This document shows positions 47,777-58,839 of a stretch of 64,000 nt of DNA, piece by piece. Positions within the stretch are counted from its first letter, which is position 1. Each line of letters opens with the position of its first letter. A program made the position numbers and the translations under genes. This DNA is from Sporopachydermia quercuum (taxonomy: Eukaryota): assembly GCA_001599295.1 (NCBI GenBank), contig BCGN01000012.1, forward strand, positions 62,001 through 126,000. The letters run 5' to 3'. Below the pieces are notes generated by a model. The model worked only from the letters and a program-made list of their open reading frames with translations, was not told where the DNA came from and searched no databases.

Positions 47777-50700
47777 CTTTATTCCATCACATGAACATGT
47801 AAGCATTAGATTGATTGAATGAAGAGAGATTGCTACTGATACTCCAAAGGTAATCCGATGAAGGTACCTCCATAGAAATAGCACACTATCTTGATTAGAT
47901 CAATCAAAAAAGAGAGCTATCTAATCACAGACGCAATAGTGCCCGGTGAATTGCAGAAGTTTGTTGAGAATCTATGGATATAATGAATTAAAAACCCAGC
48001 ACGAAGCGTCGAAAATGTGAGACATGTAACTGTTCTGGAAATAAATTACACTTGGTTGTTAACCCAGAAATATATTAATGAATGGTTCGCAAAAAAGAAG
48101 CAAAATTGGCTTGGGTTTAATTTGTTGGTTAACATAGCATATAATGATAGTTAAATGTTGATGACCGTCCATTGAAATGATATGATGACTCGCTCGTACA
48201 TTAATTAGCCACCTAGAGAAAGTCAAAGGTAAACTTTGAATCACGATGAAAAGATGGTTCGGAATCTTTAATCTGCTGAAAGAAAAAAATCTGCATCTGG
48301 ATACAAATCAGTCTGATGACAGTCAGGTTTGGGTCTTGCTTTATCTAAAGAAAAGAAGAAATAAAAATAAAAATAAAAAAGTATGATGACGATGATTAGC
48401 ATCAGAAGAATTCAAATCGACATCTAGTGTGGTGCTAGAATAATGTTGCATTACAAGCTGTCTCAAATGTTGAAGGCGAGTAAGTGACAAAGCAATTTTC
48501 TAACCAAAACAAACTCTTCATTATCCACAGCTATTTCTCCCCGTTAACGTTGAGATGCTTTGATGAACTCACTGCTGTCTCCAACTTTTGAGAAAAATTA
48601 TCAGAATGGATGGAAGGTAATAAACTTTAGTTATAGTTCCTGAAATTTCATGTATTCTGCTGTTTAGGGCCAAACTCACAGGCTTAAATACTCTATTGGG
48701 AGGCTCGGATTATCTTATATCTATAAAAGGAAGTTAATAGTAAAACTTTAGAACTTCTTTCACACTAAACTTATTAGGATATGGCTGGAAATAGTATAAT
48801 ATAATAGAAGATACTCTAAATGACTTTTAAGGTCAGAATAATCTTAATCGATATTAACTACCCAGAGCTGCAGATTGCAATAGCTTAAAGAATGAATTTA
48901 AAATGGATGTAAAAACGAAAAGAATACCAATGGATTAATTTATTTAATGGTGTTTAAAATTAATAATGTTGGAATCATTGGATTTCATTGAAAGTAGGTT
49001 TCTCTCCAACAGTCTGTGTTATGACGATCTCTATCCGCCTTTAATACGAAATACCGCAATAATACACTGCTATCCGACTGGAAACTAGAATTATGCTATA
49101 TAAAAAGTATTTCCTTTGGATTGAACTTCAAAATGTTAATCTAACAAACCAAATGGAAGCACTTTGATGAAATTGGTCGAGGATCACAATCTAGTTAAAA
49201 CGAGCCAAACCTTTGATCTATAATTGTTGAATGTATACTACATTTTGGCAAAGGAAAGAGAATAACAACTTTTATCGATTAATGATTCCTTTTAGAACAA
49301 CAGACAGCTTTGCTGTCAATTTTGTTAGGCATATTCTCAGAACATAACTTCCGCAAATGAAAGAAAGTGTGCTTCACTTTCTTGTCTTAGACCATTCAGG
49401 ATTCACAACCAGAAGTAATACGAATACGAATAAGTTAACCACCATTAGAAAAGTCATTCAGAAGAAAGTTCGCACATTAGCATTAACATTAATTTATTCT
49501 ATGTTCTATTGTTTCTATTCTTTCAAGTTTTTATTGTTGATCATTTCAGCTAGATAAAAAAGTGACTGTCTTAAAATACGAACACCATGAATTCTGAGAA
49601 AGCGTAGTACTGACTTCTCTTACTGCTTACTTTCCGTTTCAAGTGACAATAAACTACAAAAAAGTTTTAGTTCTCTAGTATGCAGTTACATGCAGCTGAC
49701 AGTCTCTTGGACTTTAGCGATGTTGAAACTTCTGGAATGCCTACTTGCTGCTGAAACAACACATAGCTCGCAACTTATGTATTAATAGTCTCATGGAGTA
49801 TGACCAAAATGGGATTTTAAGCTCCTGGTTTCTTTTTACTTTTCCATTTTGTTGCACCAATAATAGACAAAACGTCATAAGTGTGTCATGTATCACCCCC
49901 AGAGGTGCTAGGAGATAAACTATCGGAGTAACTTAACTTGTATCATAGCATCTCTACCCGAAAGTAAAACCAGTCATAAATGATAAAATGCTATCATTTT
50001 TGATTGATCTAAATTGTGGGGAAGCTTTGCGAAGACAACGGGTTGGATAGTAACAGATTGATTAGTCCGAAACTGGGTATTCATTTTTTCCAGAAAACTT
50101 ATTCGAATACATTGGTTGTCAAGTATAATGTAGTCACACATAAAAAGCTACTGTTATCTAATTCAATTACCATGGGCTTCTTCGAAACTTTATCTTCTAT
50201 CAAAGATACCTACACTCCCATTTCTTCAGATATTCAAAGAATGATATCCAAACGAGTATCAACTAGAATAGAACTCACAACTTGACTAGAACCCATATTT
50301 CAGATTAAGGTTCAATATATTGCAATTAAGTTCCAACTATAAAAGGCTATATTTTCCTAATTCGGTTGTAATGCATATGTCACTGAACCTACTTGGTTCT
50401 GCCACTACTTGAATGCATATGANAAGGAATAATTTTGAAGAAAAAAGGAACCCTCAAGAATCAAATTGCTAGAATTCGTTGATATCAGTTGAAAATTGCT
50501 ATAAATCGAAAAGAAGGGCCATACCCGTGACCAAGAAGCCCCAGCTCGCAAGATGTAATAAACCAGAAACACATTATGTGGTAAGCCATTTGGTCATATA
50601 ATGGAAGGAGAAATGTATTCCACAGATCTAAATATAAGTGTAAGGGAGACACTGCTACATATAGAAGGTTTTTTAGTCATTGACCTTTGCCACGAGCCGT

Positions 50701-52316
50701 ACCTACTTAAGTCATCTTTAGCACACTTAGCTCTAATTGTCAAAACAAGAACAATCATTGGGTTAAACCACATTAGTTCATCCCTCACCTAACTAGGTAA
50801 ATCCTTTATCTTGAAAATTTTCAAAAGATCCAAGCTCTCCCTTTCTCTTTATTGATTATTGATGACAAACGTCTAAAACATCTTAGATAGTGTCTCGAGA
50901 AACAAAAAATTTTCTCGATGATGTTTGCTTTCCATTAGTATTCAATGGCGATCCATTGAAGAGATAAAGTTCATTGGCTTCTCCAACTAAAATTATTGTT
51001 AAACCTAAATATTCCGCCTACAAATTCTTGTTCTGGAATAAGGTTTAGTAGTGAATTAATGCCCTGTTTCGTTTCTTTTGCAATTCTACATTAATAGAAG
51101 GAAAGGAAAATGAAATTCATGAGATAAAACAACTTATAATAAGAATAATATTGCTTCCGTTGACTTTTGTCTTAGAATCTTCTATGCCCTGAAACTAGTT
51201 TTGTTCGTCACAACTAGTCTATCTTCTTGTTTTCAATTTAGTCAATGCAACCCCTTTGATAACTAAAACAAACTTAATCACAGTTTTTGCAGTAAAGTTT
51301 TACTAACAAATGTTCTAGCTTTTTATATGGCAGCTTCAGAAACTCGTCCTGAATTCCATTAATGTCACTCATTTCATCACCTATTTTTATATTTTTTGGA
51401 ACTTGACATTAGTATAATCACTAAGTTCTGCAAAGAACAATCGTCCAAAATTTGATCAATGGTTTTACATATACGAGCATTTTACCTCTCTATCAGTCGC
51501 TCCAGCTGAAAGCTATCTATCAATATATCAAAAATCATCAAACCTTATTGCTTAAATAGGAGAACTAGTATCTTCCTGCATAAAGTTTGAGCCGAATCAT
51601 TGAAAAGCTTAGCTCTAACTATAAACCTTACTTCTTTGACTTTTATCTTATCCTCTTCATCGAACTGCTTTATATCATGAATATCTTTTACTCCAAAATT
51701 GATCCTCCTTGACTGTTTTACTACCATTTTGAGCTTATCAGTATATTGAAATTGACGATGAATAAAATGNGTGGTGAATTGATGACAGTTCATAATGAAA
51801 TCCAAATTCATTCGTTAATTGTACTGTAGTATATAATCTATTTATCCAGTGCTTGTTTATGATTTTACGATTAAAGCTATCATTATCAACTTTTGGACTC
51901 GATTATATAAAAACAAGAATATCACCTACAGGCTGGTATTGGTTATTAATTTGAATTCAAACTAGCAAGCTGTTACTTTTGCATTGTTTTTGTTATCATT
52001 ATTCTTGTATCATTATTGCTAGTATTATATTAGTATCTTGTTATTGTTAGTAGTATAACTGCTGAGGACTATACTAATGACAGTTTGACTGGTATATCGC
52101 AGTATATTTTAAACAATAATTAGCTACTGTTTTCTTTCCATTTAAATGCAACTCCGAAGAGTCAAATAGCCAATTATCTATCGTTTTCATTCATCGAAAC
52201 ACGTTTACAGCTACTTTCATATAGTTACTATCAATCTTAATAAACAGGGCTAACTACAGGGTTATTCTTCCTAGCACCCATAATCAACAATTTTCTCATC
52301 TCCTTCCATCATCAAA

Positions 52317-54074
52317 ATGCCTCCAAGTCATCCTAACAGTAATGATATGGAAGCATTGACTTCTGCCATATCAGTAACACGTGGTGAGGCGTTTCAAATC
52401 GACGAGATGCCAGTAACCTCAGTTCTAAGCAACAGACATTTAAGTCCAATTGCTTCTCATGATATGAGTAAAGATGAAGAGGCTCTGGTTGCTTTAGGCT
52501 ATAAACAGGAAATGAAAAGAGAATTCAATCTTTGGACAACTTTTGCTGTATCATTTGCTTTATTGGGATTATTACCTTCAATTGCCTCTACATTATTCTA
52601 TGGAATGGGATATGCTGGAGCAGCTGGTATGAGTTGGGGTTGGCTTGTTGCAATGATTGGTATTCAAGCTGTAGCATTCAGTATGGCAGAACTATGCTCA
52701 AGTATGCCAACATCAGGAGGTCTTTATTACGCAGCAGCAGTTTTAGCTCCCGGTAAATGGGGTCCTTTTTGCTCTTGGTTTACTGGCTGGAGTAATTGGT
52801 TGGTTCAAGTAACATCAGGGCCTTCAATTGATTATTCTTGTGCTAGTATGATTTTAGCATTGAAATCTCTACATAGCTCTGATGGTTGGGTTGCAAGCGA
52901 TGGGCAGGTCTTTGCATTAACAACAGCAATAATGATTTTACATTCATTCATTTCATCGGCTCCAACTGCTTGGCTTGCATGGTTTAATTCTATTGGTAGT
53001 TTAGCCAATTCTGTATTCATATTCGTGGTTATTATTATCCTTTTAGCAGCTAATGACAGACCATCGCCAAAATTCAATTCTAATTCTGCAGTTTGGTCTG
53101 ATATTACAAATCAGACTTCTTGGCCTGACGGAATTGCTATCTTAATGTCTTTCTTATCTGTTATTTGGACCATGTCTGGTTATGACTCTCCTTTCCATTT
53201 AGCTGAGGAATGCTCAAATGCTGCTGTTGCTTCTCCAAGAGCTATTATTCTAACTTCTTCTGTTGGTGGTATTCTCGGCTGGGCCTTCCAACTAGTTATT
53301 GCTTATACTGTTGTGGACATCTATGAAGTAATTGACGATCCGTTAGGCCAACCTTTTGTTTCTTACGTATCGCAAGTTGTATCTGTTAAATTGGTTGATT
53401 TCATTATTGCTGTAACTGTCATATCATCATTTTTCATGGGTCAAGCTGGTATGATTGCAGCATCAAGAGTAACATTTGCATACTCAAGAGATGGTTGTTT
53501 CCCATTATCGAGATATTGGAAATTGATTAATCCTTGGACCAAAACTCCAGTGAATGCTGTTTGGTTCAACTGGTTTATTGGAGAATTATTACTGCTATTG
53601 ATTTTCGCTGGAAGCACTGCCATTGATGCTATTTTTTCGGTTGGTGCCATTGCTGCATATGTTGCATTTACAATTCCTATTGGATTAAAGATTTTCTTCG
53701 CTGGGGATAAATTCAAACCAGGTCCTTTCAATTTAGGTAAGCTTTCATTTCCAATTGGTCTATTATCAGTTTCATATGTGTTATTGATGACTCCAATATT
53801 ATGTTTCCCTCAATATAGAGGTAAAGAAAACACACCAGATTTGATGAACTGGACAGTTGTTGTATATTTTGGTCCCATGTTACTTGCAGTTCTCTGGTTT
53901 TTCATTGATGCCAGAAAATGGTTTAAAGGACCAAAGGTTAACATTGTTGATATGATTCATGTCGATAACGCCGAGTTAACTGAAGGAATTGATGTGATAT
54001 TAGCACCAAAGGAAGAAAAGCCACAAGGTTCTGATTATGATTATGATTATGATGATGAGAAGAAGGCAGAATGA
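52317..54074 (+). CDS. APC-superfamily amino acid/GABA permease (UGA4-like)
   Basis: LGYKQEMKREF, MAELCSSMPTSGGLYY, GYDSPFHLAEE, SRVTFAYSRDG, MNWTVVV, WFKGP; intronless. Confidence 0.92.
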   Translation: MPPSHPNSNDMEALTSAISVTRGEAFQIDEMPVTSVLSNRHLSPIASHDMSKDEEALVALGYKQEMKREFNLWTTFAVSFALLGLLPSIASTLFYGMGYAGAAGMSWGWLVAMIGIQAVAFSMAELCSSMPTSGGLYYAAAVLAPGKWGPFCSWFTGWSNWLVQVTSGPSIDYSCASMILALKSLHSSDGWVASDGQVFALTTAIMILHSFISSAPTAWLAWFNSIGSLANSVFIFVVIIILLAANDRPSPKFNSNSAVWSDITNQTSWPDGIAILMSFLSVIWTMSGYDSPFHLAEECSNAAVASPRAIILTSSVGGILGWAFQLVIAYTVVDIYEVIDDPLGQPFVSYVSQVVSVKLVDFIIAVTVISSFFMGQAGMIAASRVTFAYSRDGCFPLSRYWKLINPWTKTPVNAVWFNWFIGELLLLLIFAGSTAIDAIFSVGAIAAYVAFTIPIGLKIFFAGDKFKPGPFNLGKLSFPIGLLSVSYVLLMTPILCFPQYRGKENTPDLMNWTVVVYFGPMLLAVLWFFIDARKWFKGPKVNIVDMIHVDNAELTEGIDVILAPKEEKPQGSDYDYDYDDEKKAE

Positions 54075-54961
54075 GGAACGTAAGGAAATAAGGAGGATTG
54101 GAACTTATTAGATAGGTACATTTGGTTTTATATTAGTTTTCATTTATTGGTTTGATTATATATATTATAGAAGTTTAATATTATGGCTTATTGTTTTCTT
54201 CTAGTGTTCTGATTATCGAATTTCGTTGAGATGTTCAGTTTTAAGGCAAGAAAGTAAATGTGATTATATAATTACTGAAGAATATATGCCTAGTAAAAAA
54301 GCAATTTGCTCTATCTCCTGTAATGAAGAACAATCCACAATAACATAACTTGAATTGCATAATTTCCAAAATCATGGAAATATTACTTCAACTTTTGCTC
54401 TCAAGTTAGCACTTAAAATGAAACCTCTCATTGTGACTGGAAGTTCATTTAACATTTACAGTAGATGTATTAACTGAACTCTTTGATGGTGGAAAATCGG
54501 ACATTTGAAAAGCTCTAGGTGAGATATTCTTATTTGGTGTTATGGGACCGACCTCTGTAAGTAAAGTTGAACATCTCGTTTATAGAATTGCCACATAATC
54601 CGATTTGTAAGCTGGAGATATTACAATTGTTGGTGAGGCGCTGATGAATGTTAATGAATATTGAGAATACACTTTGTACAATCAGATTATTGCTTCTACT
54701 ATTCACTCACACATTATAACAACTGATAGTTATCAATTATTTAGGTTTGCATTAATTCATTTCAGTGGACTTAGAATGAACTAAATTGTTCTCAATTTAA
54801 TTGAGAACAACAAGTGTACTGTTCTTATCTACTAACGATTAATACAAATAAGATGCTCAGTTTTAACATTATTAAGCCAATAAACATAAAACATTAACCA
54901 GGAATTCTAACCATAATCATTCTTCCAGTTCTAATTAGTGCCTATCTAAATATCGGAGATT

Positions 54962-56722
54962 CTACAATCTAAAATCTCTTACAACTCTCTGTTCGTGAAT
55001 GCTCTGCAAATCCCATACCCTTTTAATCTCATTACTAATGAACCAATCATCAATCTGTTGACCCAACTTCCTTCTTTCTATGACATCTAAACAATATGGT
55101 AGAATGAACCCAATGGGAACAATCATTGCAAGAAAGGGGAATATCTTACCGCTTTTCTCATTCTTACCATTACTTGCCATTAAACCAATCAACCCATTCT
55201 CAGTGAAAACACCACCACCAGAAGAACCATTCCAACAACCAGAAGATGCAATTATTAGTACAGGAGTTGATATTTCATTCCGATCATGAGGATTGACTAG
55301 TTTACAGTTGATACTTGTTGAAACCACACCTGTTGATATCAATGGTCTTAACTCCAATGAAGAATCCAGAGGAGAAATCATACCATAACCTACCGATATG
55401 ACAGGAGTTTCCGATTTGATGGAATGTAAATGATCATAATCGATTTCAGTTGGTTCATGATACTTTGGTGCAGGTGATGATAATTGTAATATAGTGAAAT
55501 CAAATCCTTTGATGGGTGGATCAATGATAACTGCAGTAGTACAGGTTCTGTCATAGAACCAAACGTGCACTTTATGATTTGTGGATTGAACAACGTGCTG
55601 ATTAGTAATTATCAGATTATTTGAGATCAGAACACCAGAACCCCAAGTTAAATTACCATTAGGAGCCTTCGTTGTAATAGCAACAATAGATCTGGATGCA
55701 TTCGATGACAATTTTGGTTGAGAATTGAAATGATAAGGATCTGACAGGAAAGGTGCGAACGCTGACCAAGAGATAATTAATGATACTTCACCTTCACCAG
55801 ATTTCTTTTTATATTCACCCGCAAGAATTCCAAGAGATTTGATACTGGAATTCTCGGAGGTAACCGGCGTATTATTATTATTATAAGTGCTCAGACTAAT
55901 ATGACCACCTTCCATACCTTCTAGATACCGTAGATCACTCAAATAACCAATGGAGGAAGGGAAAGAATAACCAACAGTACCTTTAGAAATATATCCAGTA
56001 AATAATGCAGGATTAGCTAAGCAGAAAGGACTTGATTGACATATTATTTCGTTGACGGACGAATCGTTTGGTACCTCTGATAGGAAATCAATTGGTCTTA
56101 GTAGTTTATCATTGTTTTTCGAACACAAATATGAGTAAACAGATTTTAATGGTTTTATCATTGAAACATAAATTGAATTATTGTCAATAATTGTAGGATT
56201 GATGGTAGAATCAATGCTAACTGTGAAATCAGTATTAATTTCAGCTTTCGCATTCGCATTTGTAGCATTGATACTAGTAGCACCACCAGGACTAGCAGGA
56301 CCAATACTAGTTATATTATGGTTATTAATCCTATCTCTTCCCTTATTCATTAGATCGTAGATACAAGTTTTCATTTCCTTAGTGAAATCAGGCATGAAAT
56401 TAAAACCTCCAAATTGCAGTTTAGAATGGAAAGGTTTAATTGCTGATAATTCTTCAACCCTATTAATCTTTGCTGGAATCCATTCAACTGTTTGGTCATT
56501 GATCATTGATGGTAAGGTTACAAGAATATCAAGTAAGGGATCATTCTTCAAATTGAGAAGAAGAGTTGGAATAATTGATAAGATCATTTCTTGTTTATTC
56601 TGCTGATTGAACAAATAGATACCGCTACAAGCATAGGGCAAAGGAGGTTTACCATTCTTATGATCAATACCTATTGAACATGACGAACATCTCCATGGGG
56701 TCATTGGTTTTTCAATCGTCAT
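54962..56722 (-). CDS. Trypsin-like serine protease, TYSND1/DEG15-like
   Basis: C-terminal S1 domain with a full triad: WGSGVLI...ITNQHVV (His), DFTILQL (Asp), NGSSGGG (Ser). N-terminal degenerate repeat SSPF...SDLRYLEGMEGG; ends VWDLQS...FRL. Confidence 0.8.
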   Translation of the reverse strand: MTIEKPMTPWRCSSCSIGIDHKNGKPPLPYACSGIYLFNQQNKQEMILSIIPTLLLNLKNDPLLDILVTLPSMINDQTVEWIPAKINRVEELSAIKPFHSKLQFGGFNFMPDFTKEMKTCIYDLMNKGRDRINNHNITSIGPASPGGATSINATNANAKAEINTDFTVSIDSTINPTIIDNNSIYVSMIKPLKSVYSYLCSKNNDKLLRPIDFLSEVPNDSSVNEIICQSSPFCLANPALFTGYISKGTVGYSFPSSIGYLSDLRYLEGMEGGHISLSTYNNNNTPVTSENSSIKSLGILAGEYKKKSGEGEVSLIISWSAFAPFLSDPYHFNSQPKLSSNASRSIVAITTKAPNGNLTWGSGVLISNNLIITNQHVVQSTNHKVHVWFYDRTCTTAVIIDPPIKGFDFTILQLSSPAPKYHEPTEIDYDHLHSIKSETPVISVGYGMISPLDSSLELRPLISTGVVSTSINCKLVNPHDRNEISTPVLIIASSGCWNGSSGGGVFTENGLIGLMASNGKNEKSGKIFPFLAMIVPIGFILPYCLDVIERRKLGQQIDDWFISNEIKRVWDLQSIHEQRVVRDFRL

Positions 56723-57552
56723 TCTAGATGCAAATATGATATGATATGATACACTAGAAATGTATGGAAATAACCGCCAATTCGAGATTCTGTTGACAAA
56801 CTAAATTTCTAGCTCCAAAGATGAGGTTTTCATCAATAATAGTGAAATACTATCAACAATAAGTAGAAGGGATTGTGATATTGATAGGTGCACAAGAGGG
56901 TTGACTTCATGAATTCTTTGTCAGCTCTCAACCAGAAGTCAAACAATCATCAGAGGAAACCTCAAATGTCATTCTCAGCCCTGGAATTACGAAAACACCT
57001 CGGTTGGAAAATAAATTTGTTCCTTTCGAAAGAATTATCTGTTCAATACTCCTATTCTTCCCAGTAGATTCTCCATGTTTCATAGTATTCATCTGAAATA
57101 AGGTTTATCTANTAAATGCAAGATGTACAGGAACTATGCATGGGGAATTAAATGATCCTTTATCGATTATGTGATATAATAAATAATGCTAGATTACGTA
57201 ATATTAGAATGTATGATAAATCATTGTAAGATCTGAAATGAGACAGTATGAAAATTTTTTGCGTTGGGAACAGAAAACAGGTGAGATATCTTCCTTGCTC
57301 CTCAAGATAAGTTGTTTGATGTAATATGACTTTTTCATAAGAAATTGGTTATTAAAATCAAACTGATAGAAATAAAGATTGAGCTTAATCTCATTATTAG
57401 GAAAACAGCACTAATCCCTAAATATAGCAGGGATACACACAGATTACCTTTCAAGTGTTCTTCTTCTGTGTTTGCTGCTAGAACACTTGATGACGGAGCC
57501 ACTACTGAAAGAAGGTCCTCATCAACGGTATACCGAACGATTTGAAGACAAA

Positions 57553-58839
57553 ATGAGCGAAATAATACCTGGAATGAAAGAAGATGATTCTATTGGCGAT
57601 GTCTCTAAGGATATTAGTGATGCTAGGGAAACTGTGAGGGATGATACATCGGCCAGTTCAAGCATTGAAAATAGAAATAGGACTTTTAAAGAACGATTTC
57701 ATACTTTCATCCACGACAGAATAGTAATATTGAAAACTTGGCATTTTTGGATTACATTTATTCATGGTCAAATTTTGTCATGGGCATTGGTAGCTTGTAA
57801 TACATTTACCACGTACATAGCCGACAATGGAGCCAATATGCCATCAGTTCAATCATTGATTACTTATGTTACTCTGTGTCTTATTTTCACTCCCTATACA
57901 TTTTATCGTTTAGGATTCAAAGGATGGTGTCGTATGATTTGGCAAGATGGTTGGAAGTTTTTCTTATTAGCATTTGCAGATGTTCAAGGTAATTATTTTA
58001 TTGTCCTTGCTTACAACTACACTGATTTGCTTTCAGCTCAAATTTTAGATTCATGGGCAATTTGCGTTGTTGTGATTCTATCATTCTTACTACTGAAAGT
58101 AAGATACAGATGGATTCAAATCATAGGTATCGCTATTTGTATCGGTGGAATCGCTTTGGTTGCCGTTGGTGATGTGATCACGGATCGAAATTACGAAGCA
58201 TCGAATATGGGTAAAGGAGATGCTTTCGTAATCATTTCGGCGACGTTTTATGGTATCTCCAACACTTTTGAGGAATTTTTGGTGTCCAAAAAACCGCTCT
58301 ACGTAGTAATTGGTCAATTAGGATTTTGGGCCATGATAATTATGGGTGTTCAAGCAGCTATTTTTGATAGACATACTATTGCAGAAGCTAATTGGAACGG
58401 TAAAGTTGGTGGTTTTCTTGTTGGATTCACACTATCAATGTTAATCATTTATACTACTACACCTATTTTATTCAGAATGACTTCAGCTTCTTTTTATAAC
58501 TTATCAATCTTAACATCTGACTTCTGGGGTTTACTTATTGGTTTTAAACTCTTCGGTTATACTACTTACTGGCTATACCCTTTTGGATTTGTCTTCACTG
58601 TTCTAGGTACTTTGATTTACATTTTGTTCCCTAAGAATATGAAAGGTGATCAATATAAACCATGGTTAGGTGAAAACCAGGAGGAAGGTATTGTTGGTGT
58701 TGGTACAGCTAAAACTAAGAGTTCAAGATCTTCTGATTCTAGTGATCCTAATTATGATGTCGAGTCCAATGATGCATTAGTTGAGCGTGAATTAGATAAA
58801 TCATTCAATGCTCCAACTATTCTTCCTAAGGATTTTTAA
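57553..58839 (+). CDS. SLC35F1/F2-family (DUF914) drug/metabolite-superfamily transporter
   Basis: HGQILSW, DVQGNYFIVLAYNYT, SAQILDSW, FYGISNTFEE, SASFYNLSILTSDFWGL. Start is either ATG 57553 (better context) or 57490. Confidence 0.9.
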   Translation: MSEIIPGMKEDDSIGDVSKDISDARETVRDDTSASSSIENRNRTFKERFHTFIHDRIVILKTWHFWITFIHGQILSWALVACNTFTTYIADNGANMPSVQSLITYVTLCLIFTPYTFYRLGFKGWCRMIWQDGWKFFLLAFADVQGNYFIVLAYNYTDLLSAQILDSWAICVVVILSFLLLKVRYRWIQIIGIAICIGGIALVAVGDVITDRNYEASNMGKGDAFVIISATFYGISNTFEEFLVSKKPLYVVIGQLGFWAMIIMGVQAAIFDRHTIAEANWNGKVGGFLVGFTLSMLIIYTTTPILFRMTSASFYNLSILTSDFWGLLIGFKLFGYTTYWLYPFGFVFTVLGTLIYILFPKNMKGDQYKPWLGENQEEGIVGVGTAKTKSSRSSDSSDPNYDVESNDALVERELDKSFNAPTILPKDF

